Shown here: piece after piece, positions 8,484 to 16,437 of the stretch
How positions within the stretch are numbered: position 1 is the first letter of the stretch
Layout of the letters: each line of letters opens with the position of its first letter
Notes under the pieces: generated by a model
The model's input: the letters and a program-made list of their open reading frames with translations, nothing else
The model's database searches: none
What the model was told of the DNA's origin: nothing
Made by a program: the position numbers and the translations under genes
NCBI GenBank assembly: GCA_046735315.1
Contig: JBKPTB010000160.1
Coordinates: 1-58,140 of the forward strand
DNA length: 58,140 nucleotides
Source of the DNA: Actinomycetota bacterium
Lineage (GTDB): Bacteria > Actinomycetota > Thermoleophilia > Gaiellales > Gaiellaceae
Direction of reading: 5' to 3'

Positions 8484-8512
8484 TTGTAAGCATCCGTACA
8501 GCCGCCTACGAT
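8484..8512 (+). promoter_or_regulatory. Candidate sigma-70-type promoter for the S8 protease gene (TTGTAA-17 nt-TACGAT)
   Basis: Read in the 64-nt gap. TTGTAA 8484-8489, 17-nt spacer, TACGAT 8507-8512. GGAGG at 8536-8540 precedes the ATG at 8546. Confidence 0.3.
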
Positions 8513-8545
8513 TTGGGCGTCCGTCAAAAACCTCTGGAGGGGTCC

Positions 8546-9676
8546 ATGCGTCGAACCACCCTGCTGGCTCTGCTGTTCGCTGCACTCGTTGCCGTCCTGC
8601 CGATCTCCGCCCAGGCGAGCGGAGCACCGGCGGCAGCCCGTTACATCGTCGTCCTCAAGAACGCAGTCGATTCGCAGGCTGTCGCAAATCTGCATTCGGC
8701 GCGGTACGGAGCGGCCGTGGACAACGTCTGGTCAGTCGCGCTCCACGGCTACTCGGCCGTCATCCCGAATGATCGGGTTGCAGCCGTGCGCGCCGACCAG
8801 AACGTGGCCTATGTCGTCCGCGACGGTATCGCCACCGCAACTGCCCAGGTGCTGCCCTGGGGAGTGGACAGGATCGACGCCGATCTCAGCTCGACTCTCG
8901 CGGGGAACGGCTCGGGGGCGATCACGAACGTGGATGCCTACGTCATCGACACCGGCATCGACACGTCACATCCCGATCTGAGCGTCGTCGAGTTCAAGAG
9001 CTTCGCGAACGGCCCGAAGACCGACTGCAACGGTCACGGCACTCACGTCGCCGGGACGATCGGCGCGAAAGATGACTCGAACGGCGTCGTGGGCGTCGCT
9101 CCGGGCATCCGCCTGCACGCGATCAAGGTTCTCAACTGCGCCGGGAGCGGTTCCTGGTCGTCCGTCATCAGCGGCATCAACTATGTCGCGAGCACGACGG
9201 CGCGGCCGGCCGTCGCAAACATGAGTCTCGGCGGTGCGCAAAACTCCGCCGTGGATGACGCGGTCAAAGGCGCGGTCGGACAGGGCGTGTTCTTCGCGGT
9301 GGCCGCAGGGAACGACGGCGCGAACGCATGCGGGCATTCGCCGGCGGCAGCAGGCACTGCGGGCGGGGTTGCGACGACCGCCGCGACCGACAGCGGCGAC
9401 CAGGAGGCATCCTGGAGCAACTACGGGAGCTGCGTCGATCTCTGGGCTCCCGGCGTCAGCATCTACTCGACGTACAAGAGCGGCGGCTACGCGACCCTAT
9501 CGGGCACGTCGATGGCAACGCCGCACGTTGCCGGCGGGGCCGCGCTCTACCTGTCGACCCATGCAAGTGCGAGCCCGAGCAGCGTCGAGACCGCGCTGAA
9601 GAACGCGGCCGTCTCGACCGGCACGAGCAGCAAGGACGGTCGCGCGATCAAGCGCGAGTACGTCCGCACGTTCTAA
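8546..9676 (+). CDS. Secreted S8 subtilisin-family serine protease with N-terminal inhibitor-I9-like propeptide
   Basis: ATG at 8546 with an SD sequence. Signal peptide MRRTTLLALLFAALVAVLPISAQA. Catalytic triad contexts VIDTGID, HGTHVAGT, GTSMATPHVAG. Confidence 0.9.
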   Translation: MRRTTLLALLFAALVAVLPISAQASGAPAAARYIVVLKNAVDSQAVANLHSARYGAAVDNVWSVALHGYSAVIPNDRVAAVRADQNVAYVVRDGIATATAQVLPWGVDRIDADLSSTLAGNGSGAITNVDAYVIDTGIDTSHPDLSVVEFKSFANGPKTDCNGHGTHVAGTIGAKDDSNGVVGVAPGIRLHAIKVLNCAGSGSWSSVISGINYVASTTARPAVANMSLGGAQNSAVDDAVKGAVGQGVFFAVAAGNDGANACGHSPAAAGTAGGVATTAATDSGDQEASWSNYGSCVDLWAPGVSIYSTYKSGGYATLSGTSMATPHVAGGAALYLSTHASASPSSVETALKNAAVSTGTSSKDGRAIKREYVRTF

Positions 9677-12600
9677 TTAGCGATGCCCGAAGTGGTGGGC
9701 GCCGGGCAGGCTGGCGCCCACCTCGGTTTCCCGTGAGACCTGCCGTGCGAGCGGGCCGAGGGTCTCCAGCGAGCGAACGAGCACGTTCTGGTTGCGTTCG
9801 ACTCGTTCGAAGCGGCCTCGTGCAAGGATGAGCGGCTCCCCGCGCACAATCGCGCGATGCTTGTCGTAGACGGACGGCGGCACGATCAGATTCACCGCGC
9901 CGAACTCGTCCTCGATCAGCATGAACACGACGCCGTTCGCAGTCGAAGGACGCTGTCGTGCCACGGCCATGCCGGCCACGGCTACGTGCGCTCGGTCGGA
10001 GGCCGAGTCGAGCTCACGTGACGAAACGACGCCTCGGGGCAGGTGGGCTCGCAGTAGCTCCATCGGGTGAACGCCGACGGAGAGACTCGTCGTCCGATAG
10101 TCGGCGAGCATCCGCTCCCAGACAGTCGGCTCGGGGAGCTCGGGCGTCTCAGCGGTCGGGTCGAGCGGAAGGGCGAGTTGCTTCTCCTCGCCGCCCGAAC
10201 CCGGCACGCTCTGCGAGCGGGGCACGAGCCCGAGTTGCCAGAGCAGCTGGCGGCGCGGCAACCCGAAACAGTCTGTTGCGCCCGAGACGATCAGCGTCTC
10301 GAGCGCGTGGTCCGAAAGCTGCGTGCGCTGGGCGAGATCTCGGATGCTCCGAAACGGGCCGCCGCGTTCCCGCTCCACCACGACCGCGCTCGCCTCGTCC
10401 TCGCCGATCCCGTTCACATAGTCGATGCCGATCCGCACGGCACCCTTCTCAACCGTGCAGTTCGCCGCGCTGACGTTCACGTCCGGCGGTCGCGTCTCGA
10501 CACCACGCCGCTGCCCGTCGCGGACGAGTGTCGCAGGCGGGTAGAAGCCCATCGGCTGCGCATTCAGCAGCGCGCAGAGGAACTCGGCAGGGTGGTGATG
10601 CCTCAGCCAGGCCGACTGGTAGGCGAGCAGGCCGAACGCCGCCGCATGGGACTTCGGAAAGCCGAAGCCGGAGAACCCCACGAGCTTGTCGTAGACGAGG
10701 TCGGCAGTCTCCACGTCGACTCCCTTGCGGAGGGCACCCTCCACGAAGCGCTCGCGGTAGGCCTCGAGTGCGTCGTGCGAGCGCTTGCGGCTCATCGCAC
10801 GACGCAGACCTTCCGCCTCCCCCACGCTGAAGCCCGCGAGCGCGATCGCGACCTCGAGGACCTGATCCTGGAACACGACGACGCCGAGCGTCGACTGCAG
10901 GCAGTCGGAGAGGAGCGGATGGTCGACCGGCGGAACAAACTCGGGATCCTCGCGCAGGCGCTGGCGATGCTCGATGTACGGATGGACGGCCTTGCCCTGG
11001 ATCGGACCGGGTCGCACGAGTGCGACCTGCACGGTCAGGTCCTCGATCGACTCCGGCTTCGTGCGCAGCAGGCTCTGCATCTGGGCACGGCTCTCGATCT
11101 GGAAGTCGCCGACGGTGTCGGCCCGCTGGATCTCCTCGTAGACGGCTGAATCGTCGAGCGGAATTCGTGAGAGGTCGATCGGCTCTCCACGGAGGCGGGC
11201 AATCTGGTCGACGCAATCCTCGACTGCGGAGAGCATCCCCAGGCCGAGGAGATCGATCTTGAGGAAGCCTGCATCCGCGCACGAGTCCTTGTCCCACTGG
11301 CACATCTGGCGGCCGGCCATGACGGCAGGCTGTACCGGCACGAGCTCGACGAGCGGTCGCGACGAGATGACCATCCCGCCCGGGTGCTGGGAGATGTGGC
11401 GCGGCAAGCCGGCGATCTCGTTGCAGAGCTCCGCGAACGCGCGCCAGCGCGGGGAGACCAGCTTGCGGTCCGCGTCGGGAAGGAGCTGCAACTCCTCGGC
11501 GATCCGCTTGGCGTTCCAGCCTTCCGAGACGCGGGCGATCCGTTCGAGCTCGGCGTACGGAAGGCCGAGCGCCTTGCCGACGTCACGAATGGCTCCGCGT
11601 GAGCGATACGTCGCGAACGAGGCGACGAGGGCTGCATGGTCGCGGCCGTAGCGTTCGGTGACGGCGACGATCAGCTTCTCGCGGATGTCTCGCGGGAAGT
11701 CCAGGTCGATGTCCGGAACGGAATCGAGCTCGCGGTTGAGGAATCTGCCGAGAGAGAGCTCAGCACCGACCGGATCGACGTGCGACAGGCCGGTCAGGTA
11801 GCAGACGAGCGAGCCGACCGACGAGCCTCGCCCTCGACCCGGCGGCAGTGCGTGCCGCGGCGAGTCTCGCCCCCGGACCTGGAGCGCGCACTCGCGCGCG
11901 AGCTCGAGGACGTCCCAGTGCAGCAGGAAAAAGCCCGCGAGCCCGAGCTCCTCGATCAGCTTCAACTCGTCCTCCAGCCGCGCCCGCGCCTCGCGCCGAA
12001 GCTTGTGGCCTCGCGGGTAGCGATCCTCGAAGGTGCGGTCGCAGACCTGTGCAAGCTGGACGATCGCCGGCTCTGGACTGTCGGAGAAGTCGGGGTAGCG
12101 GTAGCCGAGCTCCTGCGTGAGATCGAACTGCAGCCGCTCGGCGAGCTCGACCGTGCGGGCGACAGCCCTGCGGTCGTCCGGGAAGCGCTCGACGATCTCG
12201 GCCGGAGTGAGCAGGACGCATTCGTGGTTGCCGCGCCGCTCCGCCTCGCAGCCGTCGAGTGAGCTGCGGTTCCGCACGGCGACGAGGACGTCCTGCAGTG
12301 CCGCTCTGCGCGGATGATGCGCGTGCACGTCGCCCGTGACGATCGTCTGAACGCCGAGCGACTCTGCAAGGTTGCGCAGGCTTGCGTTGCGACGTGCGTC
12401 ACCGCGCTCGTACGGCCGTTGGAGCTCGACGAAGAAGCGATCTGGTCCGAACACGTGCGCCAGGCGAGCGGCGCCGTTCGGATTGCGTACCGCGAGCCCG
12501 TGCCGCGCGCAACCGGAGAGGCACACGAGCCCGTCGTTCAGGTCTTCGAGCAGACGCTGGTCGAGTGCGGGGTCTGCCGGCGGTTGCGCTTCTTTTCCAG

Positions 12601-13099
12601 GCGGCCGAGTGTGCGCATGGGCTGCGGTCAGCAGCCGGCAGAGGTTCGCGTAGCCCTTCGGCGTCTCGACAAGGAGCGTGACGTGCGAGCGGTCCGCCAG
12701 CGTCACCTCGGCGCCGGTGATCGGCCGGACGCCGAAGTGCTTGGCTGCGTGTGCGAACTCGAGCGAGCCGTAGACGCCGTCGTGGTCGGTGAGCGCGAGC
12801 GCGGGATACTCGAGCTCGGCGGCGCGGACGGCGAGCTCCTCAGGCAGCGATGCACCGTCGAGAAACGAGTACGACGAGTGCGCGTGCAGCTCGACGTAGG
12901 GAACGGTCGTGCGGCTTGCGGTGCCAGGAGCAAGCCGCTCCCGCTTCCGCGTCCGGTGCGGAAACTCTGGTTGCAGCTCGATCTTCGGAGACGTATCGCT
13001 CGTCCTCGAGGGAACCTTCCGGTTCCCCCGAACCTCCTCCCCCGGTCCGCTTTCGCGGACGGGCGCTGCGCGCCGCTCGATCGTCATACTCGCCCGCAA
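9677..13099 (-). CDS. dnaE2: Error-prone DNA polymerase III alpha subunit DnaE2 (ImuC)
   Basis: About 1140 aa. PHP domain start YVELHAHSSYSFLDGAS and pol III alpha core throughout. An imuB-like gene lies nearby. Start is TTG 13099 or ATG 13087; both give a 62-66-aa low-complexity N-terminal extension. Confidence 0.9.
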   Translation of the reverse strand: MRASMTIERRAAPVRESGPGEEVRGNRKVPSRTSDTSPKIELQPEFPHRTRKRERLAPGTASRTTVPYVELHAHSSYSFLDGASLPEELAVRAAELEYPALALTDHDGVYGSLEFAHAAKHFGVRPITGAEVTLADRSHVTLLVETPKGYANLCRLLTAAHAHTRPPGKEAQPPADPALDQRLLEDLNDGLVCLSGCARHGLAVRNPNGAARLAHVFGPDRFFVELQRPYERGDARRNASLRNLAESLGVQTIVTGDVHAHHPRRAALQDVLVAVRNRSSLDGCEAERRGNHECVLLTPAEIVERFPDDRRAVARTVELAERLQFDLTQELGYRYPDFSDSPEPAIVQLAQVCDRTFEDRYPRGHKLRREARARLEDELKLIEELGLAGFFLLHWDVLELARECALQVRGRDSPRHALPPGRGRGSSVGSLVCYLTGLSHVDPVGAELSLGRFLNRELDSVPDIDLDFPRDIREKLIVAVTERYGRDHAALVASFATYRSRGAIRDVGKALGLPYAELERIARVSEGWNAKRIAEELQLLPDADRKLVSPRWRAFAELCNEIAGLPRHISQHPGGMVISSRPLVELVPVQPAVMAGRQMCQWDKDSCADAGFLKIDLLGLGMLSAVEDCVDQIARLRGEPIDLSRIPLDDSAVYEEIQRADTVGDFQIESRAQMQSLLRTKPESIEDLTVQVALVRPGPIQGKAVHPYIEHRQRLREDPEFVPPVDHPLLSDCLQSTLGVVVFQDQVLEVAIALAGFSVGEAEGLRRAMSRKRSHDALEAYRERFVEGALRKGVDVETADLVYDKLVGFSGFGFPKSHAAAFGLLAYQSAWLRHHHPAEFLCALLNAQPMGFYPPATLVRDGQRRGVETRPPDVNVSAANCTVEKGAVRIGIDYVNGIGEDEASAVVVERERGGPFRSIRDLAQRTQLSDHALETLIVSGATDCFGLPRRQLLWQLGLVPRSQSVPGSGGEEKQLALPLDPTAETPELPEPTVWERMLADYRTTSLSVGVHPMELLRAHLPRGVVSSRELDSASDRAHVAVAGMAVARQRPSTANGVVFMLIEDEFGAVNLIVPPSVYDKHRAIVRGEPLILARGRFERVERNQNVLVRSLETLGPLARQVSRETEVGASLPGAHHFGHR

Positions 13100-13857
13100 T
13101 GGACGGAGTCGTGCTCAGGCCCGGCGAGGGTGAGTCGCTCTTCGGCGGCAGAATCGTGCTCAAGGCCACGTTCGAGCAGCTCTGCATCACCGAGTCGCTC
13201 TTCCCGGATGCGCGCGACGGCGCCGAGCCGCACTATCACCGACAGCATGCGGACTCGTTCTACGTGCTCGAAGGCGGCCTCGCCGTGCTCGTGCACGACG
13301 AGGAGAAGCCGCTCGAGCCGGGCGCGTTCGTCTGCGCACCGCCCGAGGTCGTGCACGGATTCCGCAGCACGTCTCGGGCGCGTTTCCTGAACTTCCACAC
13401 GCCGGACGGCAGATTCGCCGACAACCTGCGCGAGCGGAATCGCGGCGAGCCCGGCGGCTTCGACAGCATCGACGCCCCGCCGGGAAGCGGCAAGCCGCCC
13501 ACCGACGCCGTCTTCCTGCCTCCCGGCGACGGCGAGCGACTCGTCGCGAACAGCCGCATCGCAACGATCAAGGTCGGGCGCGAGGAGCTCGCGTTGATCG
13601 AGTTCACGCTCGAGCCGGGCTTCGAGGGACCCGATCCGCACGCCCATGACGACCAGGTGGACTCGTTCTACGTCCTCGACGGCGAGGTCGATTTCCTCGT
13701 CGGAGACGAGTGGATGCGTCTGCCGGCCGGTTCGTTCGTCGCCGCGCCGATCGGTGTCACGCACACGTTCGGAAACCACGACGGACAACACGCGCGACTG
13801 CTCAACATCCATGCGCCGAGCAACAACTTCCACGAGTTCTTGCGCAGGGTAATCTGA
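13099..13857 (+). CDS. Bicupin-domain protein
   Basis: ATG at 13099 (MDGVVLRPGEGE) inside track ORF 12850..13857. Two cupin motifs: HYHRQHADSFYVLEGGL and PHAHDDQVDSFYVLDGEV. Confidence 0.75.
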   Translation: MDGVVLRPGEGESLFGGRIVLKATFEQLCITESLFPDARDGAEPHYHRQHADSFYVLEGGLAVLVHDEEKPLEPGAFVCAPPEVVHGFRSTSRARFLNFHTPDGRFADNLRERNRGEPGGFDSIDAPPGSGKPPTDAVFLPPGDGERLVANSRIATIKVGREELALIEFTLEPGFEGPDPHAHDDQVDSFYVLDGEVDFLVGDEWMRLPAGSFVAAPIGVTHTFGNHDGQHARLLNIHAPSNNFHEFLRRVI

Positions 13858-13860
13858 CTG

Positions 13861-14082
13861 TTGTCGATGCTCGTCCATTTGACAGTCCTGTCGACCGAGA
13901 ACGAGGCAGAGCTGGTCTGCGGGCTCTTGCGTACGGAAGGGATTGAGTGCGACCACCAGCCGACGAATTTCAGCGTCGGCTCCATGGACGGCATGCCGGG
14001 CGGTGGCCCGCGCGAGGTCCTGGTCGCCGAGCAAGCCCTTACCAGAGCGCAGCAAATCTTGGCGGCGTCTCGCAGCGACTGA
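13861..14082 (+). CDS. Small DUF2007-like (putative signal-transducing, PII-like fold) protein
   Basis: 73 aa (TTG 13861 or ATG 13867). The pattern LTVLSTENEAELVCGLLRTEGIEC ... EVLVAEQALTRAQQIL resembles DUF2007. Recognition by memory only. Confidence 0.45.
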   Translation: MSMLVHLTVLSTENEAELVCGLLRTEGIECDHQPTNFSVGSMDGMPGGGPREVLVAEQALTRAQQILAASRSD

Positions 14083-14089
14083 TTCGTTC

Positions 14090-14368
14090 TTACGCACCGC
14101 GCTGGGTGAACCAGCAGCTGCGCTCCTCGTCGCGAAAGACAACGGCGTTCTCCCCTGACTGCAACACCACCTCGAAGTAGCGCCGAGACACCGGCTCCTC
14201 CGTCCACCACCGATCCACCACGCGCCACTCCTCGCGCACGAGCTCGACCGGCAAGCGGTTCACCCGCACGGGCGTGCCGTCGACGCGAGCCTCGACGACC
14301 GCCGGACGAGGTTCGTTTAGTCGTCCCGCGGAACGAACAACGCGCGTGTCTCTGGAATGCGCGACCAC
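14090..14368 (-). CDS. Hypothetical 92-aa Trp-rich protein overlapping the imuB 3' end
   Basis: The ATG at 14368 is the only canonical start. It overlaps imuB by 52 nt in another frame. Sequence EEWRVVDRWWTEEPVSRRYFEVVLQSGENAVVFRDEERSCWF. I believe similar small proteins (a DUF6504-type family) are annotated next to Y-family polymerases, but I cannot verify this here. Confidence 0.5.
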   Translation of the reverse strand: MVAHSRDTRVVRSAGRLNEPRPAVVEARVDGTPVRVNRLPVELVREEWRVVDRWWTEEPVSRRYFEVVLQSGENAVVFRDEERSCWFTQRGA

Positions 14369-15501
14369 GGCGCGACCTCCACGACCTGGTTGACCGAGCC
14401 CGAGCCCGTACTCGCACGTACCTGACGCAGACCCTCACGTAGTCGAACGTCCAACTCTCCTCCGGCCGCCGGCAGAAGCTCGAGCTGCTGTCCGTCGTGC
14501 TCGGTCAGCTCGACGAGCTCGAGCCTGAGCTCGAGCACCGGCGCGGGCAACTCCGCGAGCTTGGGTCCGAGCGCAGCCTTGATGCGGGCGAGCTCGGTCG
14601 TCGGATCGCGCAGCGTCGTGCTTCGTCGCCACGAGCCGCCCCCGACGAGCCGCGCGGACAGCGCGAGCTTGCGCACGAAACGTCCGTTTCTTTCCGGCCG
14701 TGCCATGAGCGTCTCGACCAGCGCGCCGAACGCGCGACGCAGCGTCAGCTCGTTGCCGATCGCCTCCGGAAACTCCAGCGCTTCCACGATTTCCGCCGGC
14801 GGCCGCCGACCGCGAACGCGTGCCGCCTTCCCGCCTCTCGCCAGGCCCCAGGCGCGCCGGCCGTCCGGCCCCAGACGTTCGGCCACGGCGTCACCCGGGA
14901 GCCCAGCAAGTTGTCCGACGCGCTTGACCCCGAGCTCGTGCAGCTCCGCGCGCCGACGCGGCTCCATCGGCACGAGCTCGAGCGGTAGCGGTGCGAGGAA
15001 ATCCTGCAACCGCTCGTCGGAGACGACCAAGATCTGCCCGGGGCGCGCGACGTTCGCCGCAGCCAGGGCGGCGAACCGGCGCTGCGCTGCGCCCGCACGT
15101 GGATCCCAGGCAGTACCGACGGCGGCGAGTGAGCGCCGCAGCGCTGGTTCCAGGCCGCCGTACAACCTTTCGACCCCACGCGTCTCGAAGTAGACGCAGC
15201 CGACCCCGGACGGATCGACGGCGAACCCGGAATCCTCGAGTGCGCGGAGAATGTCCTCCCACGCCTGCTCGGCCTCAGCTGGATCCTGCTCCACGAGCAC
15301 GAGCTCGGGGCAGGTCGCAAGGGCCTCGCCAAGTCGCATACCCGGCCGGACGCCGAGCCGCTCGGCCTCTGCGGTCACCGGGCCGAGCAGTGGCTCCGTT
15401 CCCGCAACCGGAGACAGGGCAGCCGGGCGCAGCGCAAGCCCAGGCTGCTTCCGCAACGCGGCCCGAAGCTCGAATCCCGGGATGAGCAGGCAGGCGATCA
15501 T
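14317..15501 (-). CDS. imuB: ImuB-like Y-family DNA polymerase homolog lacking the catalytic acidic residues
   Basis: 394 aa with Y-family fold order. The DMDAFFASVE-type motif is replaced by LLIPGFELRAAL and the SIDE motif by GCVYFETRG. A QQLELLP segment could be a beta-clamp motif. SOS boxes lie upstream and dnaE2 is nearby. Confidence 0.8.
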   Translation of the reverse strand: MIACLLIPGFELRAALRKQPGLALRPAALSPVAGTEPLLGPVTAEAERLGVRPGMRLGEALATCPELVLVEQDPAEAEQAWEDILRALEDSGFAVDPSGVGCVYFETRGVERLYGGLEPALRRSLAAVGTAWDPRAGAAQRRFAALAAANVARPGQILVVSDERLQDFLAPLPLELVPMEPRRRAELHELGVKRVGQLAGLPGDAVAERLGPDGRRAWGLARGGKAARVRGRRPPAEIVEALEFPEAIGNELTLRRAFGALVETLMARPERNGRFVRKLALSARLVGGGSWRRSTTLRDPTTELARIKAALGPKLAELPAPVLELRLELVELTEHDGQQLELLPAAGGELDVRLREGLRQVRASTGSGSVNQVVEVAPWSRIPETRALFVPRDD

Positions 15502-15503
15502 GG

Positions 15504-15515
15504 GAACGTCTGTTC
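15504..15515. promoter_or_regulatory. LexA (Cheo-type) SOS box 1: GAACGTCTGTTC
   Basis: Perfect GAAC-N4-GTTC palindrome, 2 nt upstream of the imuB ATG. It overlaps the predicted -10 and transcription start. Confidence 0.7.
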
Positions 15516-15541
15516 TACCCGAACACCTGTTCCCCTGTCAA
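15512..15541 (-). promoter_or_regulatory. Predicted imuB promoter TTGACA-18 nt-TAGAAC
   Basis: The minus strand reads TTGACA (15541-15536), an 18-nt spacer, TAGAAC (15517-15512), then 10 nt to the ATG. Confidence 0.55.
15521..15532. promoter_or_regulatory. LexA (Cheo-type) SOS box 2: CGAACACCTGTTCC core
   Basis: Perfect GAAC-N4-GTTC palindrome, 5 nt from box 1, inside the -35/-10 spacer. Confidence 0.7.
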
Positions 15542-15576
15542 GGGATCGCAACGATCATGGCGAAAACGGTCCGCCC

Positions 15577-16437
15577 ATGCATGCCAGGGCGCTTCTCGCT
15601 CTGCCCCTGATCCTTGTCGTCGCAGCGCTCACTCCCAGCGCCTCGGCGGCCGATGCGGGCGTTGCCGCCCTCCAGGTCGGCCTGCGTACGCACGGCCTCT
15701 ATCACGGTCCGATCGACGGGCTCGATGGCCCGGCAACGGCGAAGGCAATTCGCCGGCTTCAGAAGCGTGCGCACATCACGGTCGACGGTGTCGTCGGGCC
15801 GCAGACCAGGCGTGCGCTCGGCCGGTTCGCGCGCCATCGGTTAGGCAGCCGCCAGCTGAAGATCGGCAAGGCAGGCTGGGACGTCGCGTCGCTCCAGTTC
15901 AGGCTCGCGGAGCACGGCTTCCCCTCCGGGGTCTTCGACGGGATCTTCGGCCCGCACATCGACGGGGCACTCCGCCGCTTCCAGGGCTGGGCGGGCCTGA
16001 AGGAGGACGGCGTGGCAGGTCGCGCGACCCTCCACGCCCTGAAAGCCCCGCCGCCTGCGGTCCCGCTCCCGCTCGCCTGGCCGCTCACCGCACCGGTGGT
16101 CGGTGACCACTTCGGTCCTCGTGGAGTCGGCTGGCACTCCGGCATCGACCTGCCGGCTCCGATGGGCACCCCGGTCTACTCGGCCCGCTCGGGCGAAGTC
16201 GTCTGGGCCGGCTGGCGCGACGGGGGCTGGGGCTTCCTCGTCATCGTCGCGCACGGACGTGGAGAGCGGTCCATGTACGCACACCTCTCCCGGATCGACG
16301 TGCGTGTCGGCGTGTGGATCGGCCAGGGCGTCCGCGTCGGACTGATCGGCGCCACCGGTCAGGCGACCGGTCCGCACCTGCACTTCGAGGTACGGATCCG
16401 CGGCGCCTCTGTCGACCCCTTGCGGGCCCTACCTTAG
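15577..16437 (+). CDS. Secreted M23 metallopeptidase with two peptidoglycan-binding (PG_binding_1) repeats
   Basis: Signal peptide MHARALLALPLILVVAALTPSASA. Two GxYxGPIDGxxGPxTxxAxRxFQ-type repeats. M23 motifs HSGIDL and GPHLHFEV. Confidence 0.9.
   Translation: MHARALLALPLILVVAALTPSASAADAGVAALQVGLRTHGLYHGPIDGLDGPATAKAIRRLQKRAHITVDGVVGPQTRRALGRFARHRLGSRQLKIGKAGWDVASLQFRLAEHGFPSGVFDGIFGPHIDGALRRFQGWAGLKEDGVAGRATLHALKAPPPAVPLPLAWPLTAPVVGDHFGPRGVGWHSGIDLPAPMGTPVYSARSGEVVWAGWRDGGWGFLVIVAHGRGERSMYAHLSRIDVRVGVWIGQGVRVGLIGATGQATGPHLHFEVRIRGASVDPLRALP

Noticed and set aside
9674-9679. TAATTA formed by the abutting convergent stop codons of the S8 protease and dnaE2. Similar shared or overlapping convergent stops occur at 16434-16437 and 32787-32790.
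   Set aside because: These are real features of very tight gene packing, but I see no evidence of function beyond the absence of intergenic terminators. They are not reported as findings.
13011-13026. GGAAC-CTTCCG-GTTCC inverted repeat near the dnaE2 5' end, considered as the missing dnaE2 LexA box.
   Set aside because: The spacer is 6 nt rather than 4. It also lies inside the only available dnaE2 reading frame (the N-terminal extension), not upstream of it.
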